Shown: piece after piece, positions 18,278 through 28,054 of the stretch
How the letters are laid out: each line of letters opens with the position of its first letter
How positions within the stretch are numbered: the first letter of the stretch is position 1
Virus record (IMG/VR): IMGVR_UViG_3300020050_009955
Span: 1 to 64,000 of that record
Length of the DNA stretch: 64,000 bases
Reading direction: 5' to 3' (one strand)
Source: a virus
Lineage: Duplodnaviria > Caudoviricetes
Translations under genes and position numbers: made by a program
The notes under the pieces: model-generated
The model's input: only the letters and a program-made list of their open reading frames with translations
Told to the model about the DNA's origin: nothing
The model's database searches: none

Positions 18278-18631
18278 ATGGCTTTAAAATTTAACACAAA
18301 CTTAGACATAATAACTTTTGATGATAGAATTATCAGAAATGTAGGATATGTATTCTTAAAACCTTACTTCTCTTCTAAAGAAGAAGTTGAAGTAGAGTGT
18401 GTAATGTATTCAGATAAAACAGATGTATTTCCAGAATCTACTGTAACTACAGATGAAGAAGGAAATGAGATAATAACTACATCTCAAACTAAATGCCCTA
18501 AAGGATCTTTAAGATTTAGTATTGTAGCAACTATGACTGATGACAATTTAGTTGAAAAAATTCATGTATTAGTGGCTGAAAAATTAAGAGAACTTAATCC
18601 TTCTATACAGCTTTCTACTGATGAAGTATAA
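18278..18631 (+). CDS. Hypothetical protein (possible fibre assembly chaperone)
   Basis: Small acidic protein immediately after the fibre gene. Confidence 0.5.
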   Translation: MALKFNTNLDIITFDDRIIRNVGYVFLKPYFSSKEEVEVECVMYSDKTDVFPESTVTTDEEGNEIITTSQTKCPKGSLRFSIVATMTDDNLVEKIHVLVAEKLRELNPSIQLSTDEV

Positions 18632-19082
18632 AATATTAGTTTTACTTTTTCTACCATTTTTAAGTTTTGCTCAACCTAAATTAGATATAAATAAAATATT
18701 AATAGGTTCTGCAATAGGATTTATGGGAGGAGTAGCATCTGGATATCATGAAGTAACATTGCATCATTATCCAAAATTTAAAGCTATTCATCCATATGCA
18801 AATGATAAATACTTCAATCCTACAGAATCTTGGGTAGCAAAATATAAAAATGGAGACCCAATGCAAGGAGAAGCTTTTTGGTTATCAACTTCAGTACTAG
18901 TTCCATTTACTGACTTCTATCACTTTACTAATATGATGGACAGAACAAGTTTCCTGTGTGCAACAATGTATGTGACAATAGGAGAAAAGAAACCGTGGTG
19001 GCATTATGCAATTAATGTAGGCTCCACATTACTCGCAAGAAGAATAGGCTTCGGATTAGTCTATGATTATATTTATAAATAA
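18621..19082 (+). CDS. Signal-peptide-bearing membrane protein
   Basis: MKYKILVLLFLPFLSFA|Q signal, further hydrophobic segments, W..KY..GD...GE.F...TD.YH motif. Confidence 0.65.
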   Translation: MKYKILVLLFLPFLSFAQPKLDINKILIGSAIGFMGGVASGYHEVTLHHYPKFKAIHPYANDKYFNPTESWVAKYKNGDPMQGEAFWLSTSVLVPFTDFYHFTNMMDRTSFLCATMYVTIGEKKPWWHYAINVGSTLLARRIGFGLVYDYIYK

Positions 19083-19100
19083 CATTTAAAACATTAAACA

Positions 19101-19424
19101 ATGAACAAAATGGTTAAACAAGAAGTGCCTGTTCTTCCTACAGAAACACCAACAGGAGCTGTATTATCTAAAATCTTATTAACTTCTGCAGTAATGGCAG
19201 TACTTAATACCCTATGTGGACTAGGTATATTTTGTGTACCAGAAGATTTTCAAGTTAGATTTGGAGATACTATAACACATCTAGATCTTAAAACAATACT
19301 TAACTTTGTAGCATATTGCGCAATTTTTGTATTCCGTATTAATTTCTTAAACTCAACTAAGACGCCTAAATGGCTTCAAAACATTCTAACACCAGTAATT
19401 AACATATTCACAAAATCTAAATAA
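19101..19424 (+). CDS. Small two-TM membrane protein (holin/antiholin-like)
   Basis: Two hydrophobic helices, adjacent to the holin. Confidence 0.5.
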   Translation: MNKMVKQEVPVLPTETPTGAVLSKILLTSAVMAVLNTLCGLGIFCVPEDFQVRFGDTITHLDLKTILNFVAYCAIFVFRINFLNSTKTPKWLQNILTPVINIFTKSK

Positions 19425-19427
19425 ATA

Positions 19428-19826
19428 ATGAAAAACTTACTTACAATACTTATATTTTTATTCGCAATACCATATTCAGACGTATTTGCACAACACGTAG
19501 ATGGAAAACCAGGTCCAGTTAAAATGGATGGCGGATATTCTATCAAAGGTAATAACGTAACTGCAATAGATAAAACAACTTTATCTACTAAGAATACATC
19601 AATAGCATCTTCTTATGCAGTTAGAGCAGGTATTAAAGATTCTTTAGTATCACCTAAAGCGAGAATTACTGCTTTAGAAGCTTTAGTTCTTACAGGTACT
19701 GGTAACCCTACAGGTGTAGTTTCGGCCCCAATTGGTACATTATACTTACGTCTTAATGGAGTACCAGATTCCACACTATGGGTAAAGCAGAGTGGAACAG
19801 GCAATACAGGTTGGAAGAATAAATAA
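19428..19826 (+). CDS. Secreted protein with fibre/tailspike-type C-terminal motif
   Basis: Signal MKNLLTILIFLFAIPYSDVFA|Q, short coiled coil RITALE, then GTGNPTGVVSAPIGTLYLR...LWVKQSGTGNTGW. Confidence 0.65.
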   Translation: MKNLLTILIFLFAIPYSDVFAQHVDGKPGPVKMDGGYSIKGNNVTAIDKTTLSTKNTSIASSYAVRAGIKDSLVSPKARITALEALVLTGTGNPTGVVSAPIGTLYLRLNGVPDSTLWVKQSGTGNTGWKNK

Positions 19827-19832
19827 CACATA

Positions 19833-20315
19833 ATGAAAATAACACTAGCCCAGTTAATACTACCTCTAATAGGTATTATAATATTACCTAGCGGAATATT
19901 AATATCTTGGATGTGCGTAGCTTTAATTGCTGACCTAATAACTGGAGTATTTCGGGCAATAATCGACAAGAAAGTTAGAACTTCTCAAGGATATAGAGAA
20001 ACTTTAGCTAAGATTATTCAATATGGAGGTGCTCTAATTATTGGAATTATTTTAACATCTTTAGCTAAATCACATGCAGATGGATTAGATCCTAAGATTT
20101 TAAATTACTTTAATAATTTTTTAGTATCTTTTATTATCTTTATTGAAATAACTTCAATTATGGAAAATTTATATGCCATAAGTCCAGAGTCTAAATTTTC
20201 AAAATATTTCGTTAAACCGATGCTTGCTGTATTGACATTCAATTTAGAACATACTAAGGATGTAATAGAAGCAATGAAAACTATAAAACCAAAAGTTATT
20301 AAAGATGACAAGTAA
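19833..20315 (+). CDS. Holin (phage holin family 4-like)
   Basis: DLITGV..A...TSQG...T..KII.Y...IE..SI.ENL motif with three TM segments. Confidence 0.8.
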   Translation: MKITLAQLILPLIGIIILPSGILISWMCVALIADLITGVFRAIIDKKVRTSQGYRETLAKIIQYGGALIIGIILTSLAKSHADGLDPKILNYFNNFLVSFIIFIEITSIMENLYAISPESKFSKYFVKPMLAVLTFNLEHTKDVIEAMKTIKPKVIKDDK

Positions 20316-20568
20316 AGCAGCATTGCTGAATCTCTTACGTGAGAAAGGTGATGAACAATTAGATCATATTATTCAATTTGCAGATCATAAACCAAAGATC
20401 TACAAGAAAATGCTAGTTAAACAAGCTTCTGACAAACTAAAGCTTACGGAGTCTGCAATAGAGAAACCTATTGCGGCTCCTGTCAAGCCTAAAACTGAGG
20501 AGCCTGTTGAAATTAAGAAAGAAAAGAAATCATTCTTTTCAAATAAAAAACATAAAAAGAATAAATAA
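20305..20568 (+). CDS. Small basic hypothetical protein
   Basis: 87 aa, Lys-rich C-terminus, coupled to both neighbours. Confidence 0.55.
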   Translation: MTSKAALLNLLREKGDEQLDHIIQFADHKPKIYKKMLVKQASDKLKLTESAIEKPIAAPVKPKTEEPVEIKKEKKSFFSNKKHKKNK

Positions 20569-21626
20569 TGCCAACATATACTCAACAGCAAATCGAGAAT
20601 GTTTGGTTTGCATTAAATTTAAATAGACTAAAACCTAACAATGACGCTAACTCTGGTGCAGGATTACATAATCCTAATGGATCTATTAATATGTACAAGT
20701 GGTTACAAGACGCACTAATGTTATTAGGAGGTACGGGAAGTGGTATGAATGATAACATCTACAATGCCGATGGCACACTAACAGATAATAGAACGCTATC
20801 TTTTAGTACTGATAAGACATTAACATTTAGCTCTACCTCAACACCATTTACTACTACATTATGGACAAGTAATGCTTTTACTCAAACCATAGGAAAACCA
20901 GTAGGAACAGTAGATTTAGACACAAGATCTCAAATTGTTAATACTGGTGTAGGAGTTTTGAAGTCAGCTGGTTTAAATGCACAAATATATAAAGATGGTG
21001 ATGTAAGTATTGCAAATATAGCAGTGTCTAGTACAGGATCTGGTATAGAAGATGTACGTGCTATTATGGAAATTGAAAATCGTATAGATAATAACAACAT
21101 CTTTTTTGAACTTTATTCACAAGTAAATGGAGCATACCCATGGGCAAAACTTATTATACCAACTAACTATCAATATGGAGAAGGTGTTGATGTTTTAGAC
21201 TATATGGTACCTTCTAAAGTGCCTACGCTTAACGATGAATTACGTTACACATACCCCCTACAAAGAACTGTATTTAACTTTGGAGATGCTAATTATAGAG
21301 CTGTAGTAAATGACTATGCTACAGGAGCTTTAGCTACAGGATCTAATGGAGATAAAATGACTGCAGTGGAAGTTATTGTAAGCGCTCGTCTATATGCAAA
21401 TAGTTCAGGAACATTAGAAATTAGAATAATAGAAGCTAGCTCTGGATCAGATTTATATACTAAATCTATTGACATGTCTACTTTACCTAATACTTATGGG
21501 ACTATGTCACAAGAAGGTATAACTTTATCTTTAAATATTGATGAACAATATTATTGTATGGTAACAGCAACATCAGGAGATGGTACAAATGTTAGAGGAT
21601 TATCAGTAACTTTATTAACAATATAA
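20568..21626 (+). CDS. Putative fibre/structural protein
   Basis: NIYNADGTLTDNRTL motif seen in Bacteroidota fibre-like proteins, beta-rich C-terminal domain. Confidence 0.55.
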   Translation: MPTYTQQQIENVWFALNLNRLKPNNDANSGAGLHNPNGSINMYKWLQDALMLLGGTGSGMNDNIYNADGTLTDNRTLSFSTDKTLTFSSTSTPFTTTLWTSNAFTQTIGKPVGTVDLDTRSQIVNTGVGVLKSAGLNAQIYKDGDVSIANIAVSSTGSGIEDVRAIMEIENRIDNNNIFFELYSQVNGAYPWAKLIIPTNYQYGEGVDVLDYMVPSKVPTLNDELRYTYPLQRTVFNFGDANYRAVVNDYATGALATGSNGDKMTAVEVIVSARLYANSSGTLEIRIIEASSGSDLYTKSIDMSTLPNTYGTMSQEGITLSLNIDEQYYCMVTATSGDGTNVRGLSVTLLTI

Positions 21627-22147
21627 TGATAGCGAGTGTAGTACAAACAGTAGATCAACCCTGCTCAGCAGTACGATTTACGTCGGATTTATTTACCACA
21701 TTTAACAACGCTAACTCTGGAACTTTAACTTTAGAATATACTGTTAATTGTGGTGAAAAAGTTGTAGTTGAATTTGACTATACAACTGTAGGAACTTATT
21801 ATGAAATTACAACAGATGAGGATAAAGTATGCGATGGTATTTATTGCGGAAAGCTAACATACGTACCAGCTAACACTACTACAAATGTAATCGAATATGC
21901 ATCTACTTTTGTATCATGTGATACTGAATGTAGAATATACGATGAGTTTGCTAAAGACAGGTCTACCTCTTCTATGGTACTTTACTATGATGTAATTAAG
22001 TTAGCTGTAACATGCGATACATGTGAATGTGTTAAAGCATGTACTCTATTCAATGAGTTGAATGGAATCATTACAGGTAATGAAACATCAATTGATATGA
22101 GCAAATTTATAAAAATAGAAGATTGTGGCTGTAATAAATCTAAATAA
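21626..22147 (+). CDS. Cys-rich structural protein (tail hub-like)
   Basis: Ig-like DGIY segment, C-terminal helix and DCGC ending. Position matches crAss tail-hub genes. Confidence 0.5.
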   Translation: MIASVVQTVDQPCSAVRFTSDLFTTFNNANSGTLTLEYTVNCGEKVVVEFDYTTVGTYYEITTDEDKVCDGIYCGKLTYVPANTTTNVIEYASTFVSCDTECRIYDEFAKDRSTSSMVLYYDVIKLAVTCDTCECVKACTLFNELNGIITGNETSIDMSKFIKIEDCGCNKSK

Positions 22148-22445
22148 GCTAAGATGTACTCCAGTAGAGTTGTTGTATAACCATGTAATCAATAAGCATT
22201 ATGGTATGGATTGTAATCCTTTGTATACAGAGGCTACAGCATATGCTGCTTATAGAGATTATTGGATGTACCAAAGAAAAGACAATTGTGTATCTAATTG
22301 TAATATAGAAGACATTATCCGTAAATCAAACTATGGCTGTGACTCTATTACAATATGTTCGGATAAAACAATTAATTGTAATCTGACTTTGCAAGTAACT
22401 GATTCTTCCAATAACTGCGACGGAATAAACTTAATAATAACATAA
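22125..22445 (+). CDS. Cys-rich structural protein (tail hub-like)
   Basis: GTG start, YG..C motif, Cys-rich. Confidence 0.5.
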   Translation: MAVINLNKLRCTPVELLYNHVINKHYGMDCNPLYTEATAYAAYRDYWMYQRKDNCVSNCNIEDIIRKSNYGCDSITICSDKTINCNLTLQVTDSSNNCDGINLIIT

Positions 22446-22446
22446 C

Positions 22447-25041
22447 ATGATAAAGATATCATCACATTCATATAAACCAACATCAGGTGTTGGACCCTTT
22501 ACCTACCAATGGTCAAGTCCTAATTCCTGTGTGTATTTTGATAAACCTTCTGGAACAGTAGGATCTGGATCAAGTTTTGTAACAGATATCTTTGTTTCAG
22601 ACTTGACTTGCTTTCAATTCGGAGTAGATTTAATTACTTTATCTCTAATAGACGCCAATGGTTGTCAAACTAACCATACATTTTATCCAACTAATCCATG
22701 CAACAACTTATCAATTACTAACATTGGACAAGGTCCAAATGAATTTGATTTTAGTGTAACAGCATCAGGAGGAGATGGAAATTATAACTTCGACTGGAGT
22801 ATTAAACCAGATGGTTTATTTGCTATATCCACTGTTTCAGCTCAAGGTAAAGATTATCAATCTATACATATTACACCATTAAACTATGGCCCTAAGCCTA
22901 CTTTCTTTGATATTACTTGTGTAGTAACGGATTACAATGGTTGCAAAGATTCAGTAACATCTAGATTTCCTTTATCAGGAGTCTTACTATCTAATATAGT
23001 ATCAGAATCTTCATGTATAGAAGAAGGAAATGAAACACCTTCAGGATTTGCTAAGTACGATATAAAAGGTAACTTACTAAACAAAGCAGTACAAGCAGGA
23101 CCAATCCTACTATCTGCTCAGTCATATGCACCTGGTTGTGAACCAGATTGGAGTACAATCTCATTTGCTTTACCAGATACATCTATACAATATAAATTAT
23201 CTACTAATCCTACAGCAGTAACATTCTATGGTATTAAGAAGACTCTATTTAAAAACGGATTTCTTAACATTCCATTTACTGTTCTAGATTGCAAAGGAGC
23301 TATATCTAATGAAGCTTACATCACAATCTATGAAGCTATCTGTGGAGATAATATTACAGGATGCCCACTAATAGTTAATAACTTATGTATTACTAATTGT
23401 GATACAGTGTTTACTATTAACTTAGAAGATTTAATTAAATCACCTGATTGTTGTTCTGAAAACTCAATCGACTGGACTACATTCGACATATTACCTGGAG
23501 CTCCAAAGCTACCAGCTACAGTCGAGTACAATGCAGGTAATCACACTATAACATATACAGCTAATGGATCTACAGAGATTGCAGATTTGATTAGATGGGG
23601 TATTAAAGATGCTTTAGGAAACTACTCAGGTATTAAGACTATACAGATAGCTAGACTATGCCCTCAAGCACCGGCTTGTACAAATGATTGTTATTACGTA
23701 TCACAAAATGCAATTAATCACCCTTTGAATGTTTTAGTTAATGATCTTGGGCCAAATCTAAAATTAGATACTCTGGTTATATCTCAGATACCTGAACATG
23801 GTGTGGCGTATGTGTTAGATGGTGATATTTATTATACACCATTCAATGATTATGAAGGAGTTGATACTCTAAAGTATAAAATATTTAACTATGATGGACT
23901 TTCTTGTGAAGCTACTGTAACTTTAAACATAGCTGAGAATGGACCAGCTGGTACAGGTAATTCTATTGTTACTTGCGCATTGCCAGAAACTATTACAAAC
24001 GATGTAGAAATCAATGGTGTTTATTCTAACGGAGATTTTGATATAATCTTCACTGCTTATAAAAACGATGAAGAACCGTTAGAAGATGGGGATGAATTAG
24101 ATGTTACAATAGTAGTAGACATGGTAGAAATAGCTTCAGCAACTTTAATTATAGGTGAGGACTATACGACACTAGCAGGTGTTAAAACTGGAACTGATGA
24201 TCAATGGTTAACAGGAACAAACTATTTTTCACAATTCTTAACTGCTGGAGTACTAGATAAAAATACTTTAGTAACAGGTCAAGTAATTAAATTTAACAAA
24301 AAAGATTGGGCATGGGCTACAGGACATATTAATACATATGAAGATCTTGAGAAAGGAGGAACAACTCAATTAAATGCAGAATCTATTTTGGTTACGATGA
24401 AGGCTAGAAATGTTAGCCTACCTTTAGAGTCTGTTATAAAATCAGGAACTGTAGAACTTGTTAAAATATTCGCCTTTGAGGATACTGACCACATCTTAGA
24501 TAATAACTCTAATAATGCAGGAACTTGGGAACCTTATGCAGGTGATTGGGTTATAGCACCAAATGGTGGACCTTGTATACCAAATGTATGCGCATGTGAT
24601 CCAGATGGTTGTCATGGCTGTGATTATCATGGACTAACTCCTAATGGTCAAATACGAAGTTGGTACTCTCAATTTTTCTCCTGCAATCCTTATGACGGAG
24701 CTAAAAAATTACGAAAATATAAAATAGTAGGTGAAACAGAAGTGACTGGATTGACTACTGCATTTACAACTGAAGCTAATTTAAAAACAATATTAGAAGC
24801 ACTTCCACAAACATGGAGCTTTCCTTACGGTGTTGGAGGATATGTAGACTGGGATTATTTAGCAACAGCACCTAATGATTATAATTTGTACGGGCATAAT
24901 GCAAAATATTTAATATCAGGATATATGTTAGCATCTGAAAAGGAACTTGAATACTTTGTTATATCGTATGATGGTGCGGATGGAGCAGGGCACACTGATA
25001 CAGGAGCTAAATGTACAACAGTATCTCATATATTATTCTAA
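22447..25041 (+). CDS. Cys-rich adhesin-like virion protein with SprB-like and Ig/cadherin-like repeats
   Basis: SG.GP(F/Y)TY.WS...DANGC and ASGGDGNYNFDWS...VTDYNGC (SprB-like). LNVLVND...P.HG.A...YTP..DYEGVDTLKY (Big_9/cadherin-like). Confidence 0.7.
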   Translation: MIKISSHSYKPTSGVGPFTYQWSSPNSCVYFDKPSGTVGSGSSFVTDIFVSDLTCFQFGVDLITLSLIDANGCQTNHTFYPTNPCNNLSITNIGQGPNEFDFSVTASGGDGNYNFDWSIKPDGLFAISTVSAQGKDYQSIHITPLNYGPKPTFFDITCVVTDYNGCKDSVTSRFPLSGVLLSNIVSESSCIEEGNETPSGFAKYDIKGNLLNKAVQAGPILLSAQSYAPGCEPDWSTISFALPDTSIQYKLSTNPTAVTFYGIKKTLFKNGFLNIPFTVLDCKGAISNEAYITIYEAICGDNITGCPLIVNNLCITNCDTVFTINLEDLIKSPDCCSENSIDWTTFDILPGAPKLPATVEYNAGNHTITYTANGSTEIADLIRWGIKDALGNYSGIKTIQIARLCPQAPACTNDCYYVSQNAINHPLNVLVNDLGPNLKLDTLVISQIPEHGVAYVLDGDIYYTPFNDYEGVDTLKYKIFNYDGLSCEATVTLNIAENGPAGTGNSIVTCALPETITNDVEINGVYSNGDFDIIFTAYKNDEEPLEDGDELDVTIVVDMVEIASATLIIGEDYTTLAGVKTGTDDQWLTGTNYFSQFLTAGVLDKNTLVTGQVIKFNKKDWAWATGHINTYEDLEKGGTTQLNAESILVTMKARNVSLPLESVIKSGTVELVKIFAFEDTDHILDNNSNNAGTWEPYAGDWVIAPNGGPCIPNVCACDPDGCHGCDYHGLTPNGQIRSWYSQFFSCNPYDGAKKLRKYKIVGETEVTGLTTAFTTEANLKTILEALPQTWSFPYGVGGYVDWDYLATAPNDYNLYGHNAKYLISGYMLASEKELEYFVISYDGADGAGHTDTGAKCTTVSHILF

Positions 25042-25067
25042 CTAATAAAATTTAAAAATTAAATAAA

Positions 25068-25763
25068 ATGTCTTGTGAAAACAATCTATTTACGCTACTA
25101 ACAGGTACTCCTACACCAGGAGGTACTTGGACATTGAAAAGTATAACAGGCTCTGGTGCACCATCTAGTGTGAAACTTAATATGGCAGAAGGTTCCCCAG
25201 CAGGCACTTACTACGATGTTGATGTAGCTTCTTTACCATCACCAGTGTTGAACCCTAATGGAGGGTCAACAGACCATAATTTATGGTGGAAACCAATAGG
25301 AACTGCACCATATTCAAACAATCCTGCAACTTGTAATACATCTTGGGTCTATACTTTTACATATACTCCACCTGCAAGTTTATGCAACAATCCACCAACT
25401 GCTGACATTGTGTGGACATTATATACATCAGAGAATGGAACAACCAATTATGATGTTTGCGATGGAACTGCAGTTTTTAGCATGCAATCAAAACTTACTG
25501 GATGCGGTGCTACTGCACCTAATGGTGGTACTTGGACTATTATTCAAGATAATGGAAATCCAGACGCTTTTAATTTAGGTGCAGGAACTTTTAATCCTTC
25601 AGATGCAGAAGTTACTGGAGGACAAACATATATTGCAAAATACACAGTAGATATTGATGGAGCTGGTACTTGTGCTGATTGTATAGAAGAATACACATTA
25701 GAAATAGATATTATAGCTGGATCATCTGCAGGAGAAGATGGTGAAGTGACAACATGCATATAA
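25068..25763 (+). CDS. Cys-rich adhesin-like repeat protein
   Basis: Two L..LL.G.P..GGTW repeats with GTFNPS and YTFTYT/KYTV strands. Confidence 0.65.
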   Translation: MSCENNLFTLLTGTPTPGGTWTLKSITGSGAPSSVKLNMAEGSPAGTYYDVDVASLPSPVLNPNGGSTDHNLWWKPIGTAPYSNNPATCNTSWVYTFTYTPPASLCNNPPTADIVWTLYTSENGTTNYDVCDGTAVFSMQSKLTGCGATAPNGGTWTIIQDNGNPDAFNLGAGTFNPSDAEVTGGQTYIAKYTVDIDGAGTCADCIEEYTLEIDIIAGSSAGEDGEVTTCI

Positions 25764-25764
25764 T

Positions 25765-27228
25765 ATGGTTAGTTATTGTCTAGCATCATTACTCAATGGA
25801 ACTCCGTCACCAGGAGGTACTTGGACATACACATCAGGACCTGTTAGTGTAAGTGTTGGAGTATGTCCCGTATCTGGAACCAACTGCACAGCTCCTATTA
25901 TGACAAAAGCTGTAGGTACTATTATTGGTACAGGATTAAATATATGTGCTACATTTTCAATGGCTGGTACTTATGTATTTACTTATGATGTGACAGCATT
26001 ATCTCCTACGTGTTGTAATCCATGTACAAGTACTGCAACTGTAACTATATCTAATCTAGACTTAGCCTTATCAGGAACTTCACAATCATGTACGGATACT
26101 ATAGAGCTAACTGGAGGAACAGCTAGTCCTATTTGTTGTTCAGGTAATGCTAATATTAGTGCAATGTTACGTGTAAATAATTCTTGTTGGGGATCTAGCA
26201 CACAAATAACAAGTTCAAATCCAAGTGTTCCTGTAAATGGAAAAACTGGTTGGGATTTAAATCTCGTTTCAGATTTTCAAGAATGTCCAGATATTGATTA
26301 TTTAGAATTAACTGTAGCTAGATGTGAAGGAGGTAATATCACATTACATACAGAACAAGTTAACAATTTTGGTTCTATTGGATCATGCCCAGGATTTAGT
26401 AAATTAGGACCTTGGAGTACAATGGCAGATTTAGTTACTTTTTATACCTGTGCAATTCCACTTAGAATTGCAGCAGCGTTTACTGGATACCTTGGGTTTA
26501 CTCCTGTAAATGGAATACATTATAATTTAACAGTAAGTAGTTTAGGAAATACATTACAAATTAGATTTGGAATTAAAAATACCGAACCTGGAAGTTGTTG
26601 TAGTTCGCCATTATGTAATTCTCCAAATGATGTTTGGATTGGAGCTAAGATTGGAAATATATGCAAATGGAAACCATTAGGAGCCTGTGTATATTCAACA
26701 ATGTCACCAGCACAATTGTTTGCATCATCTGCAGCTACCTTATCGTTTTCATCTATACCTGGTTTTTGTGCAAGTCCTGGAACATATAATTTATCTGTTA
26801 CATTTGGTAATCTATTAAGTGCTGCAGGTTGCGACTTTAATAAATTAAGTTTTCAATCTTTTAATAATTGGACAATTACTAATGTTACAAGTACGCCTGC
26901 TGGACAATTTATATTTAATGGATCTTTCTGGCAAAATACATGTAAATCTATTATTTTAACTGCTACTACTTCTTGTGCGTCTCCAAATACTTTTACGTGG
27001 TCAAACGGTTCGTTTGATACTAACGTATCCTCAAGTACTAGAGTCTTTGCTGCAGATAGTGGAAATACTCAATTGTGTGCAAGTGTAAAATTGCAGTGTG
27101 GTGGTTGTACTGTTTGTAGGCATATATGCTATAGTGAAAATGCAGGAATAATTGGTATATCTAATACTGGAGATTGTAGTTGTGGTGGTGGTTCCCCTTG
27201 TGGCGTGGACTGTAATAATTGTACATAG
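25765..27228 (+). CDS. Very Cys-rich adhesin-like protein
   Basis: LASLLNGTPSPGGTW...AGTYVFTYDV repeat. About 34 Cys in 487 aa by manual count. Confidence 0.65.
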   Translation: MVSYCLASLLNGTPSPGGTWTYTSGPVSVSVGVCPVSGTNCTAPIMTKAVGTIIGTGLNICATFSMAGTYVFTYDVTALSPTCCNPCTSTATVTISNLDLALSGTSQSCTDTIELTGGTASPICCSGNANISAMLRVNNSCWGSSTQITSSNPSVPVNGKTGWDLNLVSDFQECPDIDYLELTVARCEGGNITLHTEQVNNFGSIGSCPGFSKLGPWSTMADLVTFYTCAIPLRIAAAFTGYLGFTPVNGIHYNLTVSSLGNTLQIRFGIKNTEPGSCCSSPLCNSPNDVWIGAKIGNICKWKPLGACVYSTMSPAQLFASSAATLSFSSIPGFCASPGTYNLSVTFGNLLSAAGCDFNKLSFQSFNNWTITNVTSTPAGQFIFNGSFWQNTCKSIILTATTSCASPNTFTWSNGSFDTNVSSSTRVFAADSGNTQLCASVKLQCGGCTVCRHICYSENAGIIGISNTGDCSCGGGSPCGVDCNNCT

Positions 27229-27257
27229 CTATGACTATTCAATAGTTTAAGAAAGGT

Positions 27258-27294
27258 TAGGGTTGTAGTAGAACACTGCAGCCCTATTTATTTA
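27258..27294 (+). terminator. Intrinsic terminator
   Basis: TAGGGTTGTAGT-AGAAC-ACTGCAGCCCTA stem-loop followed by TTTATTT. Confidence 0.65.
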
Positions 27295-27352
27295 CTACAC
27301 TAACGGTTTTAATATTATAGAATTTAAAATAAAATACGTAATTTTACAAATT

Positions 27353-28054
27353 ATGGCAACTTTAAAAGAACATATTTATGCAGTAAAGAATCTCTTAGAA
27401 AGAGGTTTGGCTTCAGATGACTCTAGGTTATCTGAAAGATTTATTGCATTCTTGCTTAAAGGAGCAAGATCCCAACTGCTAAAAGAAAAGATAAACAAGT
27501 ATAGAGAAGTATCACCATTGTCTTACCAGACAATATGTGTACCTCTAGAACTAACAACCTATCATGAATGTGATTGTTTACCAGCATCTGTAGGATGTAA
27601 AATTCTAAAATCTAAATGTCACATACCTAGAGAATTAGTATCCAAATGGGGTAGCTCATTAACTGTTCTTACAGCATCTGGTAGAGTATTAGATATGAGT
27701 TCACTTACTCAAAACGATTTAGCTAAGTTCTCAGACTCTAATAAGAAACCTAAGTTAGCTTATTTTATAGAGAACCAACACATATATGTGATGAATGATA
27801 CAAAACTTAAGATGGTTTTGTTATCTGCTATATGGGATGATCCAGAAATAGTTAAAGAATTTTGTGGATGTAATTCGAATAATCCAGATGAACCTTGTTA
27901 TGATCCTCTAAATGATGACTTCCCAATTGACTCCGAGTTAGCTAGACCTATGAGATTACTTGTAGTACAAGAATTGCAGAATCAATATAGAATGCCTGAA
28001 GACAATTTAAATAATGCTAAGAGTGTAGATGCTGGACAAGACAAAGAAAACTAG
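27353..28054 (+). CDS. Tail ring protein
   Basis: MATL.E.IY, SDDS.LS.R, Q.ICVPLE, C.IL.S...IP and D.FPID motifs. First gene of the ring-IHF-ring-muzzle block. Confidence 0.75.
   Translation: MATLKEHIYAVKNLLERGLASDDSRLSERFIAFLLKGARSQLLKEKINKYREVSPLSYQTICVPLELTTYHECDCLPASVGCKILKSKCHIPRELVSKWGSSLTVLTASGRVLDMSSLTQNDLAKFSDSNKKPKLAYFIENQHIYVMNDTKLKMVLLSAIWDDPEIVKEFCGCNSNNPDEPCYDPLNDDFPIDSELARPMRLLVVQELQNQYRMPEDNLNNAKSVDAGQDKEN

Noticed and set aside
16236-27228. Diversity-generating retroelement or invertible cassette acting on fibre genes
   Set aside because: No reverse transcriptase, recombinase or near-identical TR/VR pair was seen by eye in this window. A self dot-plot would confirm.
27264-27299. 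Antiterminator pairing TGTAGTAG with TTACTACA
   Set aside because: The competing strand lies downstream of the U-tract, so it cannot pre-empt termination. An 8-bp match is also plausible by chance.
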